Positions 1-8,052 of a DNA stretch of 35,228 nucleotides are shown here, piece after piece. Origin of the DNA: an uncultured archaeon (GTDB lineage Archaea > Aenigmatarchaeota > Aenigmatarchaeia > Aenigmatarchaeales > Aenigmatarchaeaceae). The translations under genes and the position numbers were made by a program. The stretch is from contig CAYQXC010000001.1 in the NCBI GenBank assembly GCA_964421545.1, positions 1 through 35,228 of the forward strand, written 5' to 3'. Positions within the stretch are counted from its first letter, which is position 1, and every line of letters begins with the position of its first letter. The notes below the pieces were generated by a model. That model worked only from the letters and a program-made list of their open reading frames with translations, did not search any database and had not been told where the DNA came from.

Positions 1-2
1 CA

Positions 3-347
3 AAGGAGAATGAAACTCCTTTAGAATGTGCCAAGAGAGAAATTCTAGAGGAGGTTGGAGTCACAGCCACTGAGCTTGAGAAGAACGGTGTCATAACTTT
101 TTTCAAAGGCGACGAGTTGTTTACAACCTGTAATGTTTTCAAGATAAAGAATTTTAATGGAAAGCCTAGGGAAAGCAGAGAAGGTATTGTCAAGTGGTTT
201 GATTTTAATGAGATACCATTCAAACAAATGTGGCCTGACGATAAATTTTAGATGCCTTTGCTTTTTCAAGGAAAAAAATTTGAAGGCATCTTTCATTTTG
301 ACAATGAATTAAAGGAAATTTTAGATTATAAGGTAAACGTGGTTTAG
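3..347 (+). pseudogene. NUDIX hydrolase, MTH1/MutT-like. The 5' end lies outside the window and the frame is interrupted by an in-frame TAG at 249-251.
   Basis: Frame-3 translation is ..ETPLECAKREILEEVGV.. (Nudix box E-x7-REuxEExGu) ...IPFKQMWPDDKF*MPLLFQGKKFEGIFHFDNELKEILDYKVNVV*. The same frame continues after the TAG. The final TAG at 345-347 abuts the uL15 ATG. Confidence 0.75.
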
Positions 348-761
348 ATGGTTGTGAGAAGAAGAAAAAGGATTACAAAGTTGAGGGGAAGCAGGACCCA
401 GGGTTTTGGCAGTCATAAGAAGCACAGGGGGGCAGGCTCAAGAGGAGGAAGGGGCAAGGCAGGCTACAAGAAACACAAGAAGTCATGGATAACAATAAAC
501 GACCCCGATTACTTTGGCAAGAGAGGGTTCAAGGTTCCGGTTGGAGCGAAAAAGCAAACCATAGCAATCACGCTAAAGGACATTGACCTTCTTGCGAAAA
601 AGTTAAACAAGACTGAGATTGATGTTTCTGAGTTCGGATGCGACAAAGTCCTGTCAACAGGAAAAGTAACCCAGCCTTTGACGATAAAGGCAAAGAAGAT
701 TGTTGACAAGGCAAAGAAGAAGATAGAGGAAGCTGGCGGAAAGGTGATAGAGAATGCTTGA
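348..761 (+). CDS. rpl15: 50S ribosomal protein uL15
   Basis: N-terminus RRRKRITKLRGSRTQGFGSHKKHRGAGSRGGRGKAG is typical of uL15. It lies immediately upstream of secY as in the spc cluster. Confidence 0.9.
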   Translation: MVVRRRKRITKLRGSRTQGFGSHKKHRGAGSRGGRGKAGYKKHKKSWITINDPDYFGKRGFKVPVGAKKQTIAITLKDIDLLAKKLNKTEIDVSEFGCDKVLSTGKVTQPLTIKAKKIVDKAKKKIEEAGGKVIENA

Positions 762-2289
762 TTGGGTAGGGCTTGCAGAAAGAATACCAACTGTTGCCAG
801 CCCAGTCCAAAAGCTCAACTTCAAGGAAAAGGGCAAATGGACACTTGTAGTGTTAATCTTATTTTTCACACTGGGCTCAATAACAATCTGGGGTGTGAAT
901 CCTGACGCTGTCGCACAGTTCGAGTTCTTGGAAATTGTTTTCGGTTCCAAGTTCGGATCACTGATAACATTGGGTATCGGTCCTATTGTAACTTCCTCGA
1001 TTATACTGCAGCTGATAGTGGGGAGCGGCATAATCAGTTGGGACCAGACAACAGAGGACGGGAAAAGAAAATTCAGCGCCGCGCAGAAGCTCATGACAAT
1101 CGCTTTCTGTTTCATACAGGGAGTAGCATATGTGATAGCAGGAGCTGTCCCTCCGGCAAGCCCGGACGCTTTACTAATGGTTTTTGTTGTACTGGAGCTG
1201 GCTTTCGGCGGAATAATAATAATGTTCATGGACGAGGTTGTTTCCAAGTGGGGCTTCGGTTCAGGAGTATCGCTTTTCATAGCAGCAGGCGTTGCAAAGA
1301 CAATAGTACTTAGGACCTTCAACCCGCTGAGCCAGGCAGGGGCGCTTCCCGACCTTGATATGGGTGAGCTTCCAGCAGGAATAATACCAGGCTTCATAGC
1401 CTCGTTCATAGAGGGCACGCCGCTTTTCATTAACTTGCTCCCGCTCATAGCGACTGTGGTTGTCTTCATAGTGACAGTCTACATTCAGAATGTGAGGGTC
1501 GAGATACCAATGGCGTTCTCAATGCCCTTTGGAAAATTCTCCGCAAGAAGATGGCCGCTGAAATTCCTCTACACCTCCAACATTCCAGTTATTCTTACAT
1601 CGGCTGTTGTGGCTAATCTGCAAGTGGTAGGAAGGATACTATACCAGAGGGGAGTCACCTTCTTGGGGGTTTACGATTCTCAGGGAAGGCCCACTGAAGG
1701 CATCATGTATTTTCTTTCCGCTCCAACAGGAGAGGTTGGAATAATGATTGTCACTGTGCTTGCAAGCGTTTTGGCTCTGCTGTTCGCCTATATTGCAATC
1801 AGGACATGGAAAAAGAGCGCGTTGAGGATGAGCGTTGTTGGAGCGATAATCGGTTTAATCTTGGGATATTTCCTGATTTCATTTTATAACATTGCCACAA
1901 TAACAACAACAAGCGTTGTCAGGGCCCTGATATACATGTCAGTCTTCATAATCGCTTCGGTCATATTCTCAATTTTCTGGGTGAACACTGCTGGCATGGA
2001 CGCCAAGTCAGTGTCAGACCAGTTCAAGTCGTACTCAATACTGATTCCCGGCTTCAGGCATGACCCTAGGATAATCGAGAAGGTCCTTAACAGGTACATA
2101 CCTGCCCTGACTATTCTGGGCGGGGCATTTGTCGGATTCTTGGCGACCTTTGCAGATTTGACGTCAGCAATAGGAACTGGAACGGGAATTCTGTTGGCTG
2201 TTATGATTATTTATCAGTTCTACGAGCAAATAATGTCACAACACAGGGACGATATACCCCCTGTCATAAGGAGATTCCTAGGTGCTTAA
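754..2289 (+). CDS. secY: Preprotein translocase subunit SecY
   Basis: 511 aa and about 10 TM. Starts ..AERIPTVASPVQKLNFKEKGKWT.. like archaeal SecY. Overlaps the uL15 stop by 8 nt and keeps conserved synteny. Confidence 0.92.
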   Translation: MLDWVGLAERIPTVASPVQKLNFKEKGKWTLVVLILFFTLGSITIWGVNPDAVAQFEFLEIVFGSKFGSLITLGIGPIVTSSIILQLIVGSGIISWDQTTEDGKRKFSAAQKLMTIAFCFIQGVAYVIAGAVPPASPDALLMVFVVLELAFGGIIIMFMDEVVSKWGFGSGVSLFIAAGVAKTIVLRTFNPLSQAGALPDLDMGELPAGIIPGFIASFIEGTPLFINLLPLIATVVVFIVTVYIQNVRVEIPMAFSMPFGKFSARRWPLKFLYTSNIPVILTSAVVANLQVVGRILYQRGVTFLGVYDSQGRPTEGIMYFLSAPTGEVGIMIVTVLASVLALLFAYIAIRTWKKSALRMSVVGAIIGLILGYFLISFYNIATITTTSVVRALIYMSVFIIASVIFSIFWVNTAGMDAKSVSDQFKSYSILIPGFRHDPRIIEKVLNRYIPALTILGGAFVGFLATFADLTSAIGTGTGILLAVMIIYQFYEQIMSQHRDDIPPVIRRFLGA

Positions 2290-2290
2290 A

Positions 2291-2935
2291 ATGAAAATAG
2301 TCATGCTGGGTGTAAAGGGTTCTGGAAAGGGAACCTATGCTTCAAGGCTAAGTCCATTATTGGGAATACCTCACATATCCACAGGAGACATATTCCGGGA
2401 AAACATAGAAAGAGGAACAGAATTAGGCAAGAAAGTGGAAGAATTTGCTAATAATGGAAAGTTTGTTCCTGACAACATAACAATAGAGATTGTAAAACAA
2501 AGATTGCAAGAACAGGATTGCAAGAACGGCTTTATTCTTGACGGCTTCCCAAGAACACCCGCCCAAGCAGAAGGCTTGGACAAGATTGAGAACATTGATT
2601 TTGTTATATTTCTTGATGTTCTTGAGGACGTAATAGTAAGGAGAATATCGACCAGAATCACATGTAAGAAATGCAAAACAATTTATAACAGCGCGAACCT
2701 AAAACCTAAGAAAGAGGGCGTTTGCGACAAATGCGGGGGAGAGCTCTACCAGAGGGACGACGACAAGCCGGAAATAGCAAGGAAGAGAATCGAGGAAGAT
2801 GAGAAAAATTTAAAACCTTTGTTGGACTATTACAGAAGCAAGGGAATACTGAAAACAGTCAAGTGCGCTAATTTCGACGACCCCCCAGAGATTTATGTTA
2901 ACAAGATATTAGAGATATTAGGTGTGAAAAAATGA
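2291..2935 (+). CDS. adk: Adenylate kinase with a Zn-ribbon lid
   Basis: P-loop GVKGSGKGT. Lid motif CKKC...CDKCGGELYQRDDD. Follows secY. The ATG at 2291 is preferred over the GTG at 2282. Confidence 0.9.
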   Translation: MKIVMLGVKGSGKGTYASRLSPLLGIPHISTGDIFRENIERGTELGKKVEEFANNGKFVPDNITIEIVKQRLQEQDCKNGFILDGFPRTPAQAEGLDKIENIDFVIFLDVLEDVIVRRISTRITCKKCKTIYNSANLKPKKEGVCDKCGGELYQRDDDKPEIARKRIEEDEKNLKPLLDYYRSKGILKTVKCANFDDPPEIYVNKILEILGVKK

Positions 2936-3390
2936 CACTGATAGGCTTGCATCCTCTGATAGAAGAAGTTTTGCTAGCCTCTGGCATGGTCTTCATCACA
3001 ACGCTTTTCTACAGGTTTCTTATGGACCAGGAAAAGATGAGGGAATTGAAAAGACAGCAGAATGAGAAGCAGGAAAAGATGAAAGAGTTGCAAAAAACAA
3101 ACCCAGGAGAGGCGAACACTGTTATGAAAGAGATATTGGGCATCACCAACAAACGGAACAAGTTGATGATGAAGCCCATGCTCGTAACTTTGATTGTTGT
3201 TGGGTTGGCTCTGTCTTGGATGAGCGGGGTGTATTCTGATTTTATTCCGCTTTTGCCTTTTGCTTGGCCGAGCTTTCTGAGCTGGCTTATAGGTGTCGAG
3301 GGTTGGATAAAGCCTTGGCTGGCATGGTACATAGTGGTTTCATTTCCTCTGAATTCCATTTTCAGGAAGATATTGGGTGTTGAATTATGA
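2932..3390 (+). CDS. DUF106 / EMC3-Oxa1-superfamily membrane protein (archaeal YidC-like insertase)
   Basis: TM, then a coiled charged segment (MDQEKMRELKRQQNEKQEKMKELQ), then TMs. Occupies the conserved position after adk. Confidence 0.7.
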   Translation: MTLIGLHPLIEEVLLASGMVFITTLFYRFLMDQEKMRELKRQQNEKQEKMKELQKTNPGEANTVMKEILGITNKRNKLMMKPMLVTLIVVGLALSWMSGVYSDFIPLLPFAWPSFLSWLIGVEGWIKPWLAWYIVVSFPLNSIFRKILGVEL

Positions 3391-3632
3391 GAAACTCAAA
3401 GTCAATAAGAAAAGTAAAGGTAAAGGCCCCGGGAGGGCACACTGTCATTCATTTAAAGAGAAAGAAGCCCAGCTATGCCAAGTGCAAGGAATGTGGTGAG
3501 AAGCTGAACAGGGGAAAGCTAAGCGTCAAGAAATTGAAGAACCTGCCAAAGACCAAGAAAAGGCCAGAGAGGCCCTTCCCAGAGCTGTGCTCAAGATGCA
3601 TGAGGAAGCACTTTAAGGAGAAGGTGAGGTAG
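3387..3632 (+). CDS. rpl34e: 50S ribosomal protein eL34
   Basis: VKAPGGHTVIHLKRKKPSYAKCKECGEKL.. zinc-ribbon r-protein pattern, with matching synteny. Confidence 0.88.
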   Translation: MRNSKSIRKVKVKAPGGHTVIHLKRKKPSYAKCKECGEKLNRGKLSVKKLKNLPKTKKRPERPFPELCSRCMRKHFKEKVR

Positions 3633-3947
3633 ATGTACGAGGCAGGGAGAATCTGTTTAAAGATTGCTGGCAGGGAGGCCGGCAAGTACTGCGTTATTGT
3701 TGAGAGTGTTGACGACAACTTTGTCATGATAACAGGACCAAAGGCAGTAACTGGTGTTAAGAGGAGAAAGTGCAACATCGATCACATAGAGCCAACAGAG
3801 AACAAGATTGATATTGCTTCCAAGGCTGACGATGCTTCTATCGAGGGTTTGTGGAAGAGCTCTGGTCTGGTTGAGAAGCTCGAGATAAAGGTTCCTGTAA
3901 AAAGAGAATTCAAGAAGAAGACCGAAGAAGTGAAAAAGAAGAAGTGA
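3633..3947 (+). CDS. rpl14e: 50S ribosomal protein eL14 (KOW)
   Basis: YEAGRICLKIAGREAGKYCVIVE.. KOW motif with a Lys-rich C-tail. Sits upstream of cbf5. Confidence 0.85.
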   Translation: MYEAGRICLKIAGREAGKYCVIVESVDDNFVMITGPKAVTGVKRRKCNIDHIEPTENKIDIASKADDASIEGLWKSSGLVEKLEIKVPVKREFKKKTEEVKKKK

Positions 3948-3949
3948 TT

Positions 3950-4471
3950 TTATTTATTTTCTAGTTTTGCCTTCTTCAAAACACCTTTAATATAATCTGT
4001 TTTCATTTTTGTGTATTTTTTCCTTTTTTCGCCAGCTTTTTTGGCCCACATCTTCTTTAAAGAATAATATCTTTTTGCTTCATCTGGATGCTTTCTTAGA
4101 TAATCTCTGAACATGAGATGATTCTTATAATTATTTGAAGTCTTCCACATGAGATGCAGGAAAATGCGAACTTTCCTCTTCTTAAAGATGCGTTCCCTAC
4201 TAAAGAACATCCTATACTTGTCTCCACCTTTCTCGCTGTATGAATATCCTATAGATTCTAATTTTTTAAAAGTCTTATTAGTTATTCTTTTATTCGGAGC
4301 TAACAATTGGATATCAACAATATTTTTTCCTCCCAATCCAGGAACAGCTGAACTTCCAACATGTTGGATTTCAAATCCTCTGCCAAGATTTTTAACTAGA
4401 AAATCCCTTTCTTTTTTGTAATAATCTGGCAGTTTGGAATCGTAAGGTTTTATTACTATTGATTGTTTCAT
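3950..4471 (-). CDS. GrpB/UPF0157 family nucleotidyltransferase-fold protein
   Basis: IVIKPYDSKLPDYYKKERDFL...IQHVGSSAVPGLGGKNIVDIQL is the characteristic GrpB core. The gene is AT-rich and on the opposite strand to its r-protein neighbours. Confidence 0.7.
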   Translation of the reverse strand: MKQSIVIKPYDSKLPDYYKKERDFLVKNLGRGFEIQHVGSSAVPGLGGKNIVDIQLLAPNKRITNKTFKKLESIGYSYSEKGGDKYRMFFSRERIFKKRKVRIFLHLMWKTSNNYKNHLMFRDYLRKHPDEAKRYYSLKKMWAKKAGEKRKKYTKMKTDYIKGVLKKAKLENK

Positions 4472-4474
4472 AAT

Positions 4475-4714
4475 TTAGAATATGTTATTTTGATATAAAT
4501 CCTCTTCCCACGTTTCGGCTTTCACTTCGTTTATGCCCATTCTTCTCAGCTCTATATTTGCCTTTTCCTCTGGAACGTCCTTGAACAGGACAATGGTTCC
4601 CCTGTGGCCGAACTTCTCCCACCCAGAATTTTTTAATTTATCAATTATCTCTGACAGCCTTTTGGCCTTTTCAGGGGGCTTCCAGTCAAACTCGTTTATC
4701 AGAATTTCCATCAT
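4475..4714 (-). CDS. Hypothetical small protein (about 80 aa from the ATG-ATG start)
   Basis: ORF MMEILINEFDWKPPEKAKRLSEII.. with no recognisable motif. Co-oriented with the GrpB gene and 3 nt upstream of it. Confidence 0.4.
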   Translation of the reverse strand: MMEILINEFDWKPPEKAKRLSEIIDKLKNSGWEKFGHRGTIVLFKDVPEEKANIELRRMGINEVKAETWEEDLYQNNIF

Positions 4715-4812
4715 ATTTCTGAATAAAAAGCTGGTATGGATAAAAAACACTTACCACTACAAGTGGTGGCCAGACTTTATTTAAGTATCCTGAATACAAA
4801 TTAATCTTATCC

Positions 4813-5742
4813 ATGGGTTGGCTAATAAAAAAGCACGAGGCGTCCCTGACAGATTCTGGCTGTTATCCTGGGGCAAGGCCTTTAAAGGAATACATAAATA
4901 ACGGCATAATAATTCTTGACAAGCCTTCAGGTCCCACTTCCAACCAGATTGACAGCTGGGTCAAAAAGATTTTAAACATCAATAAATGCTCCCATGCAGG
5001 GACCTTGGATCCTAGGGCATCAGGAGTTCTGGTAATAGCAATAGAGAACGCGACCAAGCTGATGCCTATATTGCTGTCCTCTAAAAAGGAATATGTTGGC
5101 GTAATACACCTGCACGAGGACGTTGGCAAGGAAAAAATCCAGAAGGTCTTCAAAGACTTCAAGGGAAAGGTAAAGCAGCTTCCTCCTCTAAAGTCTGCTG
5201 TTGCTAGGAGAGTTAGGGAAAGGGAAATATACTATTTGGAGATATTGGAGATTGACGGCAGAAACATTCTTTTCAAGGTTGGCTGCGAGGCAGGTTTCTA
5301 TGTTAGGAACTTAGCTGTTGATGTTGGGAAAAAACTGGGAGTAAAATCACACCTGCAGGAGCTGAGGCGGACCAAAAGCGGAAGCTTTACAGAAGAGGAA
5401 ACAATAACTTTGCAAAAATTGAATGATGCGGTTGAGGAGGATAGAATTAAGGAAGTTGTTCATCCTATGGAAATAGCTGTTGAGACAATAGGGAAGGTGG
5501 TTGTTTCTGACACGACAATAAGCAACATAACCAATGGGTCTCCTCTCTATGTCGGGGGAATAAGCAGATTTGAGGACAACATCAAGAAGGGAAGTTGGGT
5601 CGGTATGTTTAGTTTAAAGGGGGAGTTGATCGCGATAGGAAAGGCTTCAATGTACTCCAAGGACATTCTCAAGAAAAACAAGGGCCTGGCAGTCAAGGTT
5701 GACAGGGTCCTTATGAAGAAGGGGACATATCCCTCAGCTTGA
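4813..5742 (+). CDS. cbf5: H/ACA RNP pseudouridine synthase Cbf5 (TruB family with PUA domain)
   Basis: HAGTLDPRASGVL catalytic-Asp motif. C-terminal PUA-like region. Conserved position after eL14. Confidence 0.9.
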   Translation: MGWLIKKHEASLTDSGCYPGARPLKEYINNGIIILDKPSGPTSNQIDSWVKKILNINKCSHAGTLDPRASGVLVIAIENATKLMPILLSSKKEYVGVIHLHEDVGKEKIQKVFKDFKGKVKQLPPLKSAVARRVREREIYYLEILEIDGRNILFKVGCEAGFYVRNLAVDVGKKLGVKSHLQELRRTKSGSFTEEETITLQKLNDAVEEDRIKEVVHPMEIAVETIGKVVVSDTTISNITNGSPLYVGGISRFEDNIKKGSWVGMFSLKGELIAIGKASMYSKDILKKNKGLAVKVDRVLMKKGTYPSA

Positions 5743-7722
5743 AAATAATCTGGCATGGTCTTTTGAATAATAGTAAATAACCTTTTTCTTGACAGTCTGT
5801 GCTCCAAGCCTGTTGATTATTATGAATACGGCTGCGGCAAATACGACTACAACGATTATTGGAATTATATAATTAAACTCCTCTTTTTTCTCTTGTGTTG
5901 TCAAGGTGTATTCCTCGGAGCTTGACCATTCACCATCAGTGTCGTTGACAAAGACTCCCCATCCTATGACAAGTCCTGTGGTAAGGTTCAAGTCCTTTAG
6001 AACCTCGACATAGTCCTCTGTTCCTGACAGCGGTGACCAAGAGTCGTTCGCCCATGTTCCGCTGTTGTTCGTGGAGAATATGAAGCCGGACAGGCCATTG
6101 TCATCCCTCACTTCTATTGTAAAAAGAACCTTCTCTCCTGCGACGCTGTTGTTTGCAATATGAGAGGAGTAGTAAGGAGGCGTGTTGGGAACAGGCTCCT
6201 CATAGCGAACAGTCAGCGCCATCTGGGATGTTGCTATTTTTGTTTTGCTGTCCGCCTTTCCAGTTGCCCTTATCTCTGTGTAATACTTTTTCACGTTAGC
6301 GTCTGAGGGGATTTCAAGATTTACTTTTACTATTACTGACCCTCCAGTAAGCAGGGCAGCGGGTATATTTTCCAATGTGTACCAGCTGGAATCAATGCCT
6401 GTCAAGCTGATTTGTATTTCAGTGATGGTCTCGTCCAGAGTGTTTGATAGATTGAAGGTTCCCTCTCCGCTTTCCCCGACATTTATTCTTGGGGATGAAA
6501 CCTGAGTTATCTTGAACTCCTTTTTGACAGTATCTTCAACATCAGTGCTTGATAGAACTATTATGGTTGCATTTAAGGACTGCTCCGAATAGTTCTGCGT
6601 CCCGTCAGTTTCGCAGATGTATTTGTAGGCTCCCACATCAAGGGTTGAGACGTCAGTCCTTGACAATGAGCTTGTATTTCCAATTAAAGTCTCATTCCTG
6701 TAGAGCTTGAAATCACCAATGTCAACCTGTCCCGTGTTGGAATAGCATGTTACCACTGTTGTTGTTCCGTTCTTGACCTCCTTATACGGAACGTAGAAAG
6801 TCAGTGCAAAGGCCTTGTAAATCCTGTAGTCCTTCTTAGTGGTGTTGCTGCCCATACCAGAGCCGTCCTTGGCAAACCACTTGTAATATATGTTCCTAGC
6901 TCTCAGGTCCGTAAGGTTTATCCAATATACATCACCATCATTATTAATCTTGGGAGTCGTGCTTGTCGTGTAGTTTTTCTTGGAGCCCGTAAAATTGGAC
7001 TCAAACTTGACCTCAGTCAGGTCCGCGTCAAGACAGTTTATTTGGAAGTTATATGTCCCGTTCTGGGAATATGTTGAGCTGTATATCGGGTCTGTGGTCT
7101 CGCCTGAGAATCTCGGAGCAAGGTTGTCAAAATAATGAGTTGTTGAGGAAGATGTGTAGTTCTCATCACCATCCCAGCTTCCTGTAAGAGTGAAAAAACC
7201 TTGGGAAGAGAGGTTCACTATTTTGTATATGACCGAGTTATGGTCCTCAATATCTAAACCAGGGTAATTGGAGTTCAGGCGAACAGTCTTTCCCGGCATG
7301 CCCAAATAGACAGTGAAGTTGGCCATCTTGTTATGCTTATAGCTTCTGTTGCCCTGTGTCCCGTTCAACATTAAGACTATGGGAACTGATGAGTTCTTTG
7401 AAACAGAGTAAGTTTCTGAAAAGGTTATGACATCGATTGTGTTGTTTACAAACCACTTGTAGGAGTAGGTTCCTGCTGCCAAGTCTGTTAGGTTGTAATA
7501 ATAAACATCAGAGATGTTGGTTGCAGTGTAGTTGTCTGCCTGGTTCCACTCGAAAACAACACCAGAGACATCTGTTATGTCATCCACTTTTATCTGAAAG
7601 CCATAATTTCTTCCTGGAGCGTATTCTGAGCCTGAAGGGACAGAAGTGCTGGTCTCAACAGCCTCTGCTATTATAACCAAGCTCAAAAGAAATACAAACA
7701 AACCCAACAAGAGCAATTTCAT
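5734..7722 (-). CDS. Large secreted, C-terminally membrane-anchored surface glycoprotein (S-layer-like)
   Basis: N-terminal signal peptide MKLLLLGLFVFLLSLVIIAEA. C-terminal TM IIPIIVVVVFAAAVFIII followed by basic residues. About two dozen N-x-S/T sequons and three internal repeats of a beta-sandwich-like module. Confidence 0.65.
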   Translation of the reverse strand: MKLLLLGLFVFLLSLVIIAEAVETSTSVPSGSEYAPGRNYGFQIKVDDITDVSGVVFEWNQADNYTATNISDVYYYNLTDLAAGTYSYKWFVNNTIDVITFSETYSVSKNSSVPIVLMLNGTQGNRSYKHNKMANFTVYLGMPGKTVRLNSNYPGLDIEDHNSVIYKIVNLSSQGFFTLTGSWDGDENYTSSSTTHYFDNLAPRFSGETTDPIYSSTYSQNGTYNFQINCLDADLTEVKFESNFTGSKKNYTTSTTPKINNDGDVYWINLTDLRARNIYYKWFAKDGSGMGSNTTKKDYRIYKAFALTFYVPYKEVKNGTTTVVTCYSNTGQVDIGDFKLYRNETLIGNTSSLSRTDVSTLDVGAYKYICETDGTQNYSEQSLNATIIVLSSTDVEDTVKKEFKITQVSSPRINVGESGEGTFNLSNTLDETITEIQISLTGIDSSWYTLENIPAALLTGGSVIVKVNLEIPSDANVKKYYTEIRATGKADSKTKIATSQMALTVRYEEPVPNTPPYYSSHIANNSVAGEKVLFTIEVRDDNGLSGFIFSTNNSGTWANDSWSPLSGTEDYVEVLKDLNLTTGLVIGWGVFVNDTDGEWSSSEEYTLTTQEKKEEFNYIIPIIVVVVFAAAVFIIINRLGAQTVKKKVIYYYSKDHARLFSS

Positions 7723-7766
7723 ATTAATATATAAGAGATATCATAAATTAAAAATAAGGTGAATAT

Positions 7767-7982
7767 ATGTTTTTGAGAAAAAAGAAAAAAACTGTAAAAA
7801 GAAAAGCGACAAAGAAGAAGGCCAAAAGAAAGACGTCAAAGAAGAAGCCAGCTTTCGGTGGCTACATGATAAAGCCGGACGCAAACTTTGCAAAGATAGT
7901 CGGGAGCAAGCCGTTGTCCCCATCACAGATGACAAAGAATATCTGGGCCTACATCAAGAGAAAGAAGCTTGGAAAAAGATAG
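7767..7982 (+). CDS. Small basic protein: Lys-rich tail plus the N-terminal half of a SWIB/MDM2-like domain
   Basis: KKKKTVKRKATKKKAKRKTSKKK followed by FGGYMIKPDANFAKIVGSKPLSPSQMTKNIWAYIKRKKL, which matches the first helices of the SWIB consensus (GG..K...LS..L...G...M.R.EV.K.LWAYIK...LQ). Confidence 0.55.
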   Translation: MFLRKKKKTVKRKATKKKAKRKTSKKKPAFGGYMIKPDANFAKIVGSKPLSPSQMTKNIWAYIKRKKLGKR

Positions 7983-8020
7983 AATTATATTTTTAATCGG
8001 AAAGTGCAATTTCTGTAAGA

Positions 8021-8028
8021 TTTAAAAA
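8021..8028 (+). promoter_or_regulatory. TATA box for tRNA-Ser
   Basis: TTTAAAAA is centred about 28 nt upstream of the tRNA 5' end at 8053. Confidence 0.5.
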
Positions 8029-8052
8029 TGTAGGAACATCTAAAATTCTTAG

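Noticed and set aside
249-251. Genome-wide TAG reassignment (Pyl or other sense decoding)
   Set aside because: TAG terminates several well-delimited genes in this window (eL34 at 3630-3632, uS4 at 11078-11080, 8588-8590, 345-347) at the positions expected from homologs. A global recoding is therefore not supported, and only a local event or a mutation remains plausible.
654-1469. Long antisense ORF (271 aa) inside secY. Similar shadow ORFs occur at 509-790, 568-810, 11565-11961, 19025-19586, 22364-22851, 22934-23329, 23316-24463, 25500-25895, 32901-33386 and other positions.
   Set aside because: Each lies fully within a strongly supported gene on the other strand. They have low-complexity or odd composition and no motifs, so they are typical shadow ORFs.
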